The notes below the pieces were generated by a model. It searched no databases and was not told the origin of the DNA. It saw only the letters and a list, made by a program, of their open reading frames with translations. A DNA stretch of 64,000 nucleotides from Candidatus Hodarchaeota archaeon (GTDB lineage: Archaea > Asgardarchaeota > Lokiarchaeia > Sigyniarchaeales > SOKP01), in assembly GCA_048886685.1 (NCBI GenBank), contig JBHLKM010000012.1, forward strand, positions 102,702 through 166,701. Reading direction: 5' to 3'. Below are positions 49,061-59,822 of the stretch, in pieces; position 1 is the stretch's first letter, and every line of letters starts with the position of its first letter. Position numbers and translations under genes: made by a program.

Positions 49061-50419
49061 ATGGTTGAAAAGGAGCTTATACAATCTTCTCTCCATTTAA
49101 TTGACAATTGGTTAGATTATCAAGTATACATTAAGGAGATTCCTGGGCTTGCAGTGGGAATTGCCTTAGAAAATGAATTGATATTTAAAAAGGAATATGG
49201 ATATGCGAATCTGGAAAAGGAGGAAAAGTTAACTGATCAACATCTGTTTCGGATTGCATCCCATTCTAAATTGTTTACAGCAACAGCAATAATGATGCTC
49301 TATCACGAGGGAAAGTTATCAATTGATGATAAAGTCTCGAAATATTTACCCTGGTTTCAATCAGTAGAAGATAAAGAATTAGCACGCATTAGAATTCAGC
49401 ATTTATTAACACACTCAAGTGGAATAACTCGGGATGGTAATACAGGTCATTGGCTAAACTTCAAATTTCCTACGCTGGAGGAGATTAAAGCACAATTCCA
49501 AGAAAAAATCCGCTTTTTTGAACCAAGTGAAACGTTAAAATATTCTAATTTTGGATACGTGCTCTTAGGACAAATTATCGAGGAAGTATCAGGACAGAGT
49601 TATCAAGATTTTATTCAAAACCGCATACTTTCACCATTAGGAATGCAAAATACTGTTTTAGACGTAGATGATACTAATTTAGCTAACCATGCCACGGGAT
49701 ATAAACGTCGGTGGCCAAATCAAAAAAGAAAATCTTTTAACCACATACCCGCGAATGTCATGAGGGCAGCTACAGGACTAAGCAGTACTGTAGAAGATTT
49801 AACAAAATTTTATCAAGCTCACATGTTTGGTAATGAAATTTTAATCCCTGATTATATCAAGCGAGAAATGCAGAGAACCGAGTTTAAAGAATTTGAAGGT
49901 GAGTATGGATTTGGATTTTTTTTGCAAAAAATTGGAGAATCAACTCTTGTTGGTCACGGTGGAGGTTATCCTGGCTTCGTCACGCAATCCGGCTTAATTC
50001 AAGATCAGAAAATCGTAGTTGTAATTTTAAGTAATGCGGTAGATGGTTCTGCTGATATTCTCCTAAATGGTATTGTTGGAATTCTCAATAAACTCAAGAA
50101 AGATAAAGAGAAATTCTTGGTAAAAGAACAAGAGGATAGGTCAGACTTTTCTAGCATAATAGGTTTTTATGGAAGTGGTGATTGGGCTACACCTCTCTAC
50201 AGTCAAATTGGATCAAAATTGGTATCGATTGCTCCTGGATTAGATAATCCAATAGAATTTTTTATAATTTATGAACATGATCAAGGTTTTAAATTTATCA
50301 TTCCGAAGGGTTTTCCTTGGTCAGGTCAGCCTTTCGAGTTTATAGATGGACTTAAAGGAGAAAAAATCTTAATTGATGCTCACAAAGGAAAATTATTCCG
50401 ATTTTACTTTAAATATTAG
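49061..50419 (+). CDS. Serine hydrolase, beta-lactamase class C / D-aminopeptidase family
   Basis: SxxK (ASHSK), LLTHSSG, YSN, HGG. Confidence 0.9.
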   Translation: MVEKELIQSSLHLIDNWLDYQVYIKEIPGLAVGIALENELIFKKEYGYANLEKEEKLTDQHLFRIASHSKLFTATAIMMLYHEGKLSIDDKVSKYLPWFQSVEDKELARIRIQHLLTHSSGITRDGNTGHWLNFKFPTLEEIKAQFQEKIRFFEPSETLKYSNFGYVLLGQIIEEVSGQSYQDFIQNRILSPLGMQNTVLDVDDTNLANHATGYKRRWPNQKRKSFNHIPANVMRAATGLSSTVEDLTKFYQAHMFGNEILIPDYIKREMQRTEFKEFEGEYGFGFFLQKIGESTLVGHGGGYPGFVTQSGLIQDQKIVVVILSNAVDGSADILLNGIVGILNKLKKDKEKFLVKEQEDRSDFSSIIGFYGSGDWATPLYSQIGSKLVSIAPGLDNPIEFFIIYEHDQGFKFIIPKGFPWSGQPFEFIDGLKGEKILIDAHKGKLFRFYFKY

Positions 50420-50480
50420 AAAGTACAAAAACACTTAATATAACTGTAAGAAGATTAGGACATCATCTTTTTGGCTTGAT

Positions 50481-50574
50481 TTTCCATTGAATTTTTATGA
50501 AAATCAGACTCTAAATTTACCTTTCCAGCCCAATTTTCAATATAATTGGTACAAAATTTAAAAGGGCTCGATCC
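50481..50574 (+). repeat. Dispersed intergenic repeat copy R1 (degenerate, near full length)
   Basis: ...gaaaatcagactctaaatttacctttccagcccaattttcaatataattggtacaaaatttaaaagggctcgatcc aligns to R7. Confidence 0.8.
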
Positions 50575-50708
50575 TTGTTCTGTTTCCCTGAAATCTAATT
50601 CATTTTTGAATATAGTATTTCTCCGAATGTAATTTTATTGTATTTTTCATAGTGAAAATGAGATACAAAAAAAGGAAAAATTAAAAAGTCAAAAGATTAT
50701 TATGGGGA

Positions 50709-51017
50709 TTGGGACACATGAATATCTATGAGAAATTTATGAATGAAACTATATGTGCCATAATGAATATAATCAGATATGAATATAGATCAATAATAAC
50801 TGTAAAAAAAATTAGAAATTTCTATAATATTACGTCCATAGATAACTCTAAAATTAATTTTTATTGGAGATGTCTGCAATCTCTTGAAGAAACTGGAATT
50901 TTGAGGAGATATGGGCCTAAAAAGCCAAGAAAATATCGAGTTCTCAATTTTTTTAAACTATTTGAACTATTTCATGACACTTACGTTAATCAGGGAATGC
51001 TTACCAAAAATTTATAG
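50709..51017 (+). CDS. Small hypothetical protein, possible wHTH
   Basis: 102 aa; LQSLEETGILRR...PRKYRV resembles a recognition helix plus wing; lies between R1 and R2. Confidence 0.5.
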   Translation: MGHMNIYEKFMNETICAIMNIIRYEYRSIITVKKIRNFYNITSIDNSKINFYWRCLQSLEETGILRRYGPKKPRKYRVLNFFKLFELFHDTYVNQGMLTKNL

Positions 51018-51044
51018 TTAAATCTCATTGCCATTTAGTATTCC

Positions 51045-51103
51045 TTTACCTTTTCATTTCAATTTCACAGACAATTGGGACTAAATTTAAAAAAGCTCAA
51101 ACC
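51045..51103 (+). repeat. Repeat copy R2 (3' half only)
   Basis: tttaccttttcatttcaatttcacagacaattgggactaaatttaaaaaagctcaaacc. Confidence 0.78.
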
Positions 51104-51270
51104 TTCAAAAGAAAACCTTAAATTCATTATAAGACCAGAAGAACTTACCATGGTTGAAAAGGTATTAATAAACTCATCTCTCCATTTAATTGACAATTGG
51201 TTAGAGTATATATTAAGGAGATTCCTGGACTTGCGGTGGGGATTGTCGTAGAAGATGAATTGATATTTAA
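51104..51270 (+). pseudogene. Duplicated upstream region and 5' end of the 49061 serine hydrolase, frameshifted and truncated
   Basis: Aligns to 49014-49188; ATG at 51150; 7-nt deletion (ttatcaa) after ...tggttaga. Confidence 0.9.
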
Positions 51271-51280
51271 CTTATTCTGA

Positions 51281-52423
51281 TTAAAAACTCCTTCCGATTA
51301 TATTAATCCAATTAAGAATGAAATCTAATGCTAATTTTCTATTACCAACTTGACAATGATTCGCCCCATATTCTATTTCCGTAAATAAACGACACGTCAG
51401 AGATTTTACGTTTTTCAATGCTTCTATTTGTTTATAAAACATCTCGATTGGTATAAAATGATCTTTCGAACCAGCTAACAATAAGACGTCCTGTGTGATT
51501 TTATTAGAAATTTCCGCACATGTAAATAGCCTTACTTTTTTTATATATTCATAAGGCGTATTAACCCCCATGACACACATCCCATGGTTCACACCCCAGT
51601 TTGCGATTAAGCTTGTTTTCATGCTGTCATACATGATTTTATTTATAATCTCAACCTCGTTCTGATCAAGCAAATTTTTAAACATGTCTTGAGCTCTATT
51701 TCCCCCGGCATGAAGGATGACATGAAAGAAATCATAAATAATACCAAATACGACAACTCTTGTTATTCTTGGCTCAAAAGCAGCAGCTCTAAGACATAAA
51801 TAGCCACCTAGCGAGATTCCTATTAAGATAATATCAGTTAATCCAAAGAAATCGAGAACGACTTTCATCGGCTTTTCCCATTCATGGGTCATGTACAATT
51901 TATTTTTAATACGTGCTCCTCCTTGACCTGGACCCTCGAAGATAATAACTTCATATCCTGCATCTTGGATATAAGACCCCATAACGTATAATTCTTCTAA
52001 GAAGCTATCATAACCCCCAAACATTATAACAGTATCCTTTTTTTCATCATTTTTCAGGTGAAATGCGGGCAAAAATGAATCCTCATATGGAATTTCAATC
52101 CTTTGATTTTTGGCACTTTCATATATCTGATAAAATAGCTCAATAAATTTATCATAGAGTTGTTCCTTATCTGGATCGTCCGGTGAAGTAAAAAATTCTG
52201 CTGATCTATATGACATAGCAGCAGTGGGTAAATTGCCCTCCTTTAATGCTTTATCTGCGATTCTAAGGGTCTCTCGTTTCCAATCAGAGAAATCTTTTAT
52301 TTTGGGGGCTATTTCTTTTACATCTTCGATATTTACTCCATTTGCTATCAATTTATTCAGTTGGAAGTTGATATTTGGCAGCTCATGCAACTCATAATAT
52401 CCGACTGTAAAGTTATAATTCAC
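51281..52423 (-). CDS. Alpha/beta hydrolase (FrsA/DHPON-hydrolase-like)
   Basis: GGYDS, EGPGQG, GISLGG nucleophile elbow, HCQVGN. Confidence 0.85.
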   Translation of the reverse strand: MNYNFTVGYYELHELPNINFQLNKLIANGVNIEDVKEIAPKIKDFSDWKRETLRIADKALKEGNLPTAAMSYRSAEFFTSPDDPDKEQLYDKFIELFYQIYESAKNQRIEIPYEDSFLPAFHLKNDEKKDTVIMFGGYDSFLEELYVMGSYIQDAGYEVIIFEGPGQGGARIKNKLYMTHEWEKPMKVVLDFFGLTDIILIGISLGGYLCLRAAAFEPRITRVVVFGIIYDFFHVILHAGGNRAQDMFKNLLDQNEVEIINKIMYDSMKTSLIANWGVNHGMCVMGVNTPYEYIKKVRLFTCAEISNKITQDVLLLAGSKDHFIPIEMFYKQIEALKNVKSLTCRLFTEIEYGANHCQVGNRKLALDFILNWINIIGRSF

Positions 52424-52551
52424 GTTTTATCACTCTTTAATAACATGATTAATAATTAAATGAACTTAGATGAAACTAAAATAGTAAATTAAATTTAATA
52501 AGTCTAATTATATCTAAAAGGTTAATATATAATTACATTACAAATAAACAC

Positions 52552-53346
52552 ATGTCAACAATTTATTTTACCAAAAATCCAGATAGAAAAAGATTTGTAG
52601 CATCATTACTATCTAGGTTAAGAAGTAATATTGAAGGAAAAGTGCTTATAAAAGTGAACCTTGTTTCATATAATCATTACCCTACAACAACTCATCCCGA
52701 AATGATTGAAGCCGTATATGATCAAATCAAATTGAACGCTTCAGAAATTATTTGTGGAGATGGTCATGGTGTAGACGTATCTACAAAAAAAATAGAAAAT
52801 CATCCAATAATAGAAAAATGTAAGGAATTAGGTATTTCTTTCGTAAATTTCTATGAACATTCTTTCAAAAAGATAAAAACCTCTCGAAATTTTACATTAA
52901 AAGTCTCTGAAATTCCATTTCAGCAGGATTTTATAATTTCTCTTCCAATTTTAAAGGATCATTTTATTTTAAACCTTACTAATGCTCTGAAAGATAAATT
53001 TGGATATTTATCAAAGACCGAACGAATAAAAATGCACACCAAGATCAAAAATATTAACAAAGGAATTGCTGAATTAAATACTGTACTTAAATCTAATTTA
53101 ATTATATGCGATGCCTTGAAAGTTTTAGTAAAAGCCCAAGAAGTTAGACATGGGGGAAAAGAAAAAAATCTGGGTTATCTTTTTGCTGGAACCGATCCCG
53201 TTGCCTTAGATTATTACGGATATAAGCTATTACGACCAATTTCGATAAAATTGGAAAACATAGATAATCCACTACAAATAAAATATATAAAATATGCTTT
53301 AGATTATGGAATTGGGTCTAAGGATTATAATTTGGAAGAAATTTAA
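52552..53346 (+). CDS. DUF362 domain protein
   Basis: VLIKVNL, TTHP, ISLPILKDH, ALKDKFG, DPVALD. Confidence 0.82.
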   Translation: MSTIYFTKNPDRKRFVASLLSRLRSNIEGKVLIKVNLVSYNHYPTTTHPEMIEAVYDQIKLNASEIICGDGHGVDVSTKKIENHPIIEKCKELGISFVNFYEHSFKKIKTSRNFTLKVSEIPFQQDFIISLPILKDHFILNLTNALKDKFGYLSKTERIKMHTKIKNINKGIAELNTVLKSNLIICDALKVLVKAQEVRHGGKEKNLGYLFAGTDPVALDYYGYKLLRPISIKLENIDNPLQIKYIKYALDYGIGSKDYNLEEI

Positions 53347-53355
53347 TTCTTTTAC

Positions 53356-53390
53356 TCATTGAAATCAGACTTTGAATTTACAATTTGGGA
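53356..53390 (+). repeat. Repeat copy R3 (internally deleted)
   Basis: tcattgaaatcagactttgaatttac joined directly to aatttggga. Confidence 0.7.
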
Positions 53391-53408
53391 TTTTCTGTTA
53401 AAATTTTT

Positions 53409-55478
53409 TTATCCAAGATTATTGTAAAATTCTACAACTTTTTTATAATTCGGATTAATATCCAAAGCTTTTTTACACCTCTCACGGGATTTGTCATCAT
53501 CTCCCAGGGCTAAGTATATTTTTGCCAGATAATAATAAGCAGGAACATAATTAGGATTGATTTTTAAAGCACGCCTTATATATTCTAGACCTTTATCATA
53601 TTCTTCTAACCCGCAATAACCAAATCCTATTTCGTTTAAGGAATCTATATGATTAGAATCAATCTTTAGTACATGATTACATGCCTTAATTGCTTCATGA
53701 TATTCACCACTATTATTAAAAATATAGGCTGATGTGCTCCAACCTTCTTTGAAAAATCTATCACGCTTTAACGCTTCATTACAAGTCTTTTTGGCTTCAG
53801 AAAGATTACCCTTATTACTTAAAACATGTGCTAGTAAAAATAAACTTGATTTTGAATTTTGATCAATCTCTAAAGCTTTCGTACAGTATTCAATAGCCAA
53901 ATCAAACTTTTCATTTAATTCATGTATTGATCCTAAAACAATCCAAGTATCTGGAAATTTTGAGTTGATATTAATCCCTTTTTCGCATAATTTGATAGCT
54001 TTATCATATTCTCCTTTATCTCTATAATTAGCAGCAATAGAATTTAGGGCAGGTATATAATTTGGGTTAATCTGTAAAACCTTTTGGTAAGATTCCAACG
54101 CTTCTTTACTTTTTCCAATTGAATCAAACGATCTACCTCTCAAAACTAAGGCTTCGAGCCTATCTGGGTCTAATTCCAAAGTAATGTTGCATTTATCTAT
54201 TGCTTCTTCAAATTTGCTCATATTGTAATAAATTGTAGCTAAAATAAACCAGACTCCAATGAACTCGAAACCTCTATCTTCGATTCTATTTACATATTCG
54301 AGCGCTGTATCATAATCAAAGATATAACTATAGTTTAATGCTAAAAACGCTAATGCTAGAATATAATTTTCATCGATTTCCAAAGCTTTTCTACATGCTT
54401 CCATTGCTTTTTCATAATTATTTAATTTAACATTAATGTTGTTATGTAAAATCCATGCACCTTTAGAGTTCGGGTTCAATTTTAACGCCTTATTCGCAGA
54501 ATCTATAGCCTTTTCATAATCATAATTATAAAAATAATTGAAACCAAGATTTGTCCATAAAATTTCATTATCTGGTTCAATTTCTACTGCATGCATAGCT
54601 GCTTCTATTGCCTCTTCTAATTTATAAATTCTTTCATAACACCATGAAAGGTTGCTCCACACAGAAAAATATTCACCTGGAATATTTAATGTGTGTTTCA
54701 GAAGTACAATGGCTTTTTTATATTCTTTATTATACATGAGTTCTAAGGCAATTTCTTCCCAGGCAGTGACATTGTTTGGATTAAATTCAAGATCAAGTAT
54801 ATTCTTATACGCATTAATGGCTTGGTCATTTTCATTCAAGGACAAATAAGCAGAACCAATTCCTTTCCATGCTTCTGAATATGAGGGATTTAGATTTACA
54901 GCCTTCCTAAAAACCTCAATTGCCTTCTTATACTCTTTACAGAATGAGTATGCATCACCTAAATTCGTCCAACTTGTTATTATATAAGGATTTAATTCTA
55001 TCGATTGCTTAAAAGCATTAATCCCCTTATTATATTCACCATTTTTTACATATGATTTACCAAGATCCTCCCAAATATATGGATCTTCCGGATATTTCTC
55101 TAATAAAATCTTATAAGCTAATATTGAGTGAATATATTCACTAATATCGATACAAAGTTTGCCTATCTGCTTCCAAATATCTTTTTCTTCAATGTTGATA
55201 CCTATGAAATTTCTGTAAGCTTGTATCGAATTGTTATCTTCACATTTACCAAAGCTAATTGCGCGATGTGCTATACCTGAATCAAGCTCTAACGCATTAT
55301 TATAATACTCTTTTGCTTTATCAAGTATATACAACTTGTTATATGAGAGGGCTATATATAGATAGCTAACTGTTCTACTTGGATTTAATGCTAAATCACG
55401 TTTGAAGGCATCAACTGCTTCACTAAATTTCGACTTTAAAAATGATTTCTTGCCTTTGCTAAACCATTTATCTTTCAT
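53409..55478 (-). CDS. Multi-TPR protein
   Basis: More than 15 TPR units (W.NLG...A...Y.KA..LNP); start ATG 55478 or TTG 55508. Confidence 0.9.
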   Translation of the reverse strand: MKDKWFSKGKKSFLKSKFSEAVDAFKRDLALNPSRTVSYLYIALSYNKLYILDKAKEYYNNALELDSGIAHRAISFGKCEDNNSIQAYRNFIGINIEEKDIWKQIGKLCIDISEYIHSILAYKILLEKYPEDPYIWEDLGKSYVKNGEYNKGINAFKQSIELNPYIITSWTNLGDAYSFCKEYKKAIEVFRKAVNLNPSYSEAWKGIGSAYLSLNENDQAINAYKNILDLEFNPNNVTAWEEIALELMYNKEYKKAIVLLKHTLNIPGEYFSVWSNLSWCYERIYKLEEAIEAAMHAVEIEPDNEILWTNLGFNYFYNYDYEKAIDSANKALKLNPNSKGAWILHNNINVKLNNYEKAMEACRKALEIDENYILALAFLALNYSYIFDYDTALEYVNRIEDRGFEFIGVWFILATIYYNMSKFEEAIDKCNITLELDPDRLEALVLRGRSFDSIGKSKEALESYQKVLQINPNYIPALNSIAANYRDKGEYDKAIKLCEKGININSKFPDTWIVLGSIHELNEKFDLAIEYCTKALEIDQNSKSSLFLLAHVLSNKGNLSEAKKTCNEALKRDRFFKEGWSTSAYIFNNSGEYHEAIKACNHVLKIDSNHIDSLNEIGFGYCGLEEYDKGLEYIRRALKINPNYVPAYYYLAKIYLALGDDDKSRERCKKALDINPNYKKVVEFYNNLG

Positions 55479-55885
55479 TTTCCTTATAATTAAATTAAGG
55501 TTTCTCAATTATATAAGATTTAAATACCCAGATCTACATGTATCTAACAGTATAGAAATATTAGAAGATATTAATCCACTAATCACATAAATTATTAAAT
55601 TTTCAGAGGAGTAAGAATGTTTAAGTAGGATTTATCTTCAATTGAATTAATTAGATTTTCACATTTTAAAAAATTTTAAAAGGTTTTTTATTTTCTTCAA
55701 ATATACAATCTTTTGGGTATTTTAGATAATTTATGACAAATATGTAAATCTTTATATAAGAATCATTTTTTGATTATAATTAGGAAAATAATCTACTAGA
55801 AAGAAAACCAATGTAAAAATTAAACATCAATTAGCTTAATTGAAATAATTTTCAAATAATATCAATAAAAAGGTGTATATTTGAT

Positions 55886-56263
55886 TTGTCGTTCCAAGAA
55901 AATATTGATAGGTTAGGAAAATTAGTCCCCGTATATGTAATCTCGTTTTTAGGCGCTGTTTCGTCATTTTTTCAACTATTTTACGAAGAAGACCCAATAT
56001 ATGCTAGATTAGCTATAATTATCATTGTAGGAATTAGTGTAATACTTACCTTGGTAATTGAGCTGGTAGTTCTAAAAAGAAAAAAAATAATACAAATTAT
56101 TATCGCAATAATAAGTGGAGCTCTATGGATCTTCTTTATTAATTTGCGATTTTTCGATTTCGAGAATATATGGGAATTAACTATCCAATTTGTGACTACA
56201 ATATATACTTTCCTAATAGCTCTCTTTTCTCAATATTTAACTGAAGAAGAAAATGGGAATTAG
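55886..56263 (+). CDS. Small 4-TM membrane protein
   Basis: Four hydrophobic segments; KLVPVYV motif; upstream AAGGTG. Confidence 0.6.
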   Translation: MSFQENIDRLGKLVPVYVISFLGAVSSFFQLFYEEDPIYARLAIIIIVGISVILTLVIELVVLKRKKIIQIIIAIISGALWIFFINLRFFDFENIWELTIQFVTTIYTFLIALFSQYLTEEENGN

Positions 56264-56353
56264 GGTAATCACATTTTAAATTAATTTTTTTTTCCTATTT
56301 AAAGGGATATTAAATAGTCTCAAACTTGCTGCACAATATAATCAAAAAGGAAT

Positions 56354-56398
56354 AAATTTGCCTTTCTATTCCGATTTCACTGAAATTTGGGACAAAAT
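56354..56398 (+). repeat. Repeat copy R4 (3' hairpin part)
   Basis: aaatttgcctttctattccgatttcactgaaatttgggacaaaat. Confidence 0.7.
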
Positions 56399-56476
56399 GT
56401 AATATTTTTATTATCTTAAAAATTAAGAGAAAGAGAAATATAAATTCATAATAAAAAAATTTTTGTGAATCAGATT

Positions 56477-57259
56477 ATGCCAAAAAAGTTAGTAGGAGAT
56501 ATAAAAATATATTATGAAATCACTGGTGAAGGTGAACCATTATTACTTATTCATGGGTTAGGCTCTAGCACACGGGATTGGGAAGAAAATATTCCTATTT
56601 TTTCTAAAAAGTATCAAGTTATTACTGTGGATATTCGTGGACATGGAAAAACAGATAAACCTAAAGGACCATATAGTATAAAAAATTTTGCTAAAGATAT
56701 TGCTGAACTATTAATGTCATTAGGACTCAGTTCTGTAAATGTTCTAGGGGTCTCTTTGGGTGGAGCAGTTGTTATTCAACTCACAATTGATTATCCAGAA
56801 CTAATAAAAACTCTGGTAATCGTAAACGCAGCTCCTACCTCTGGAGATCTTTCTTTGCTTGAACAAGTTATCAATGGCAGGATAGAACTTATTAAGGTTA
56901 AAGGGATGAGAGGTATGGGTGAAACATTAGCTCCCGTGTTATTTATAAAACCTGAACAAGAAGAATTGCGTAAGAAATTCGTTGAGAGATGGGCTGAAAA
57001 TAATAATGAAAGCTACATAAATGCTTTGAAATCTCTCATAACATGGAATGTTAGTGACAACCAGCTTCATACAATTAAGTGTCCAACATTAGTTCTTGCA
57101 TCTGATGAAGATTATACTCCAGTTTCTGTTAAAGAAGAATTAGTAAAGAAAATTCAGAATTCTCATTTAGTGATTATTAATGATGCTAGACATGCTGTTC
57201 CTATGGAAAAACCTGAAGAGTTTAATGCTGCAGTAATGGAGTTTTTATTAAAATATTAA
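56477..57259 (+). CDS. Alpha/beta hydrolase (3-oxoadipate enol-lactonase-like)
   Basis: LIHGLGSS, DIRGHG, GVSLGG, ARHAVPMEKPEEFN. Confidence 0.88.
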   Translation: MPKKLVGDIKIYYEITGEGEPLLLIHGLGSSTRDWEENIPIFSKKYQVITVDIRGHGKTDKPKGPYSIKNFAKDIAELLMSLGLSSVNVLGVSLGGAVVIQLTIDYPELIKTLVIVNAAPTSGDLSLLEQVINGRIELIKVKGMRGMGETLAPVLFIKPEQEELRKKFVERWAENNNESYINALKSLITWNVSDNQLHTIKCPTLVLASDEDYTPVSVKEELVKKIQNSHLVIINDARHAVPMEKPEEFNAAVMEFLLKY

Positions 57260-57294
57260 TTAGTTATTAAATTTGTTTTGCTCGTATTAATTCC

Positions 57295-57870
57295 TTAGAC
57301 TCTGAATATGTCATATTCAGCTGTATTGTGTAAAAAGAACTTTTTTTCAGCTTTATAAGGAGGATAAGAAAATAATTCGATATGGGATATCTTCGCTATG
57401 AAAGGATTCTTAATCTGTAAATCAAGATAATTTTGGGAAAGTTCCACTGCTTTAGATATTTCTTGAGTTGGGAGCTCTAATAAAAGAGTCACATGTGGGC
57501 TCCACATACTATCTGGATTTCGATCCAAAACTACTCCTTGGTTTTCCAATGTCTCCAAACAGAGTTTTCTTAAAGAATGAAGATTGCTTGAATATTTTGG
57601 ATTTAGATAGAAAACATGGGTGGCAGGAAACGTAGTTAAACCAGTAAATTCAAGTGAAAAGGAGTTATATCTTGAAATTGCAGATTCCAATGCATCATAA
57701 TATTCTTGTTTTCTTAATTCTTCATGTTCAAATAATGTTATGTGGGGTGGTACTCGCACATATGCTCGACCATGCAAATCTGGGGAATCATTCAAAACTT
57801 TCCGTAATTCTATCAACCTTTTAGTTGATTGATCATCAAAGCAAACGATTATTCCAGTCCAAAAATCCAT
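57295..57870 (-). CDS. 2H phosphoesterase (2'-5' RNA ligase-like superfamily)
   Basis: Two HxT motifs: PHITL and PHVTL. Confidence 0.82.
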   Translation of the reverse strand: MDFWTGIIVCFDDQSTKRLIELRKVLNDSPDLHGRAYVRVPPHITLFEHEELRKQEYYDALESAISRYNSFSLEFTGLTTFPATHVFYLNPKYSSNLHSLRKLCLETLENQGVVLDRNPDSMWSPHVTLLLELPTQEISKAVELSQNYLDLQIKNPFIAKISHIELFSYPPYKAEKKFFLHNTAEYDIFRV

Positions 57871-57947
57871 GTTTCTTAAATTAAATAATCTAATTTAATT
57901 ATATTAATTTTAAATTAATAACTACTTGAAAATTAATGAAGAAATGG

Positions 57948-57989
57948 CTTCTTAAAACCTTTTGTACTATAACGTCAATTTAAGATTTT
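57948..57989 (+). repeat. Left-arm motif L1, homologous to the sequence immediately 5' of R8
   Basis: cttcttaaaaccttttgtactataacgtcaatttaagatttt versus tttccttaaaagcctttggtactataatttcgatctaagatt at 63881. Confidence 0.65.
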
Positions 57990-58097
57990 GGGTGTAAGCT
58001 GGGGCTAAATTATTTATATGATTCTATAATAATTACTAATTAAAATCCTAATGAGTGAAATTTACCAAGAAAGAGTAATTTAAATTATATTAAACGA

Positions 58098-59627
58098 ATG
58101 AGAGAAATTATGGAAGTAATGGCTATTATTGAAACAAAGACTGGAAAATTACAAGGTTATAGCGAAAAGGGTGTGGAAGTATATAAAGGAATTCCATATG
58201 CTGAACCTCCGATTGGCGACTTACGATTTCTCCCACCTGTTGCGAAAGAACCTTGGGATGGAGTGCTTGATGCCACTAAATATGGTCCTTGTTCGTTTCA
58301 AGGATATAACCAATTTGCAGATTGGTATGAGAAACTTGAACCAGAAAGTGAAGATTGTTTGACTCTTAACATTTGGACACCTGGAGCAGATGATGAGAAA
58401 CGACCCGTATTGTTTTGGATACATGGGGGAGGTTTTACTGCGGGAGGAGGTAAACAGGAATTTACGGAAGGTTTAGCCTTAGCTAAACGAGGAAATGTCG
58501 TAGTAGTTACCATCAACTATCGGTTAGGATTATTAGGTTTTTCATATATTCCAGATGTTACTATAAATGCTGGGATACTGGATCAAGCTCTTGCGCTCAA
58601 ATGGGTGCATGATAATATTGAAGCTTTTGGTGGAGATCCTAAAAATATCACCATATTTGGTGCGTCAGCCGGAGGTTATTCCGTGTTAATGTTACCTGTC
58701 ATGCCGCAAGCTAAAGGGCTTATTCGACGAGTAATCGCTGAAAGCGCTCCTAGGATTAACTCAGAGGTAAGTGATAAAAGTACAAGGGCTGTCATGCGTA
58801 AATTAAAAATTAAAAAGGGAGATATTGAATCATTGCGTAAAATCCCTCCTGAAAGAATCATTGAAGCACAGAATGAATATGTAGAATCAGATCCAACCAA
58901 TCTCATTGCCTTTAGGCCATTAATAGATGGTAATACGATCCCTAAACATCCTTTAAAAGCATTCCAAGATGGAGATTTAAAAAACATCGATTTTTTGATA
59001 GGAACAACCCTAAATGAAGCAAAAATCCTTGTCTCTCTAGATCCAAGAATGAATGAAATGGTAAAAGCTGCTGGAGAAAATGCTATTTTAGCTTTATTGG
59101 GCACTACGGGATTAGATATGAATAAAAGAAGAGAAATTATAGACATCTATAAAAGTGCAAGGAGAGGAAAGTTTCCCATACAGCCCATTGATTTATTGGA
59201 TGCGGTCGGAACTGATTCTCTGATTCGTATCCCCACAATACGTCTCCTTGAAGCTCAATCAAAACATCAACCTAATACCTTTAATTACATGTTTAACTTC
59301 ACCTGTCCACTATTCGATGGCGCTCTCGGTTGTCCCCATGCATTGGAAGTACCATTTGTTTTTAACACATTAACTGCTACAGGCATTCCTAAATTAATCG
59401 GACAAGGTCCTGATATTGAGAATCTTAGTGAAAAAATGATGAATGCTTGGATTGCTTTTGCTCATACTGGAAATCCAAATCATGCTGGAATTCCTGAATG
59501 GACTTCATATGATAGTATAAATAGAGCAACTATGTGCTTTGGAAAAGAAATCAAAATTGTAAATGCTATTTTTGATGAAGAAAGAAAGGCTTGGGATGGG
59601 ATCTCTTCGGATCTCTTCGAAATTTAA
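58098..59627 (+). CDS. Type B carboxylesterase (PnbA-like)
   Basis: GIPYA, SEDCLTLN, WIHGGGF, FGGDPKNITIFGASAG, HALE. Confidence 0.93.
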   Translation: MREIMEVMAIIETKTGKLQGYSEKGVEVYKGIPYAEPPIGDLRFLPPVAKEPWDGVLDATKYGPCSFQGYNQFADWYEKLEPESEDCLTLNIWTPGADDEKRPVLFWIHGGGFTAGGGKQEFTEGLALAKRGNVVVVTINYRLGLLGFSYIPDVTINAGILDQALALKWVHDNIEAFGGDPKNITIFGASAGGYSVLMLPVMPQAKGLIRRVIAESAPRINSEVSDKSTRAVMRKLKIKKGDIESLRKIPPERIIEAQNEYVESDPTNLIAFRPLIDGNTIPKHPLKAFQDGDLKNIDFLIGTTLNEAKILVSLDPRMNEMVKAAGENAILALLGTTGLDMNKRREIIDIYKSARRGKFPIQPIDLLDAVGTDSLIRIPTIRLLEAQSKHQPNTFNYMFNFTCPLFDGALGCPHALEVPFVFNTLTATGIPKLIGQGPDIENLSEKMMNAWIAFAHTGNPNHAGIPEWTSYDSINRATMCFGKEIKIVNAIFDEERKAWDGISSDLFEI

Positions 59628-59726
59628 TATTATCTTAATTTTTTTTTATCTTTAGGCTAGCTTTTTTTAATTTAGTGCTGTATCTGGTATACAGAAATAA
59701 TCTAATCTTCTTACATTTTCTTTCGC

Positions 59727-59779
59727 TTTTTCAAAGGAATTTTCATGGAACTCAGACGCTGAATTTACCCTTCATGAAA
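59727..59779 (+). repeat. Repeat copy R5 (5' core)
   Basis: tttttcaaaggaattttcatggaactcagacgctgaatttacccttcatgaaa. Confidence 0.9.
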
Positions 59780-59822
59780 GAAAAAGAAGTTGCTATCAAT
59801 TCTTTTTTGAAGTATGTGCTGG

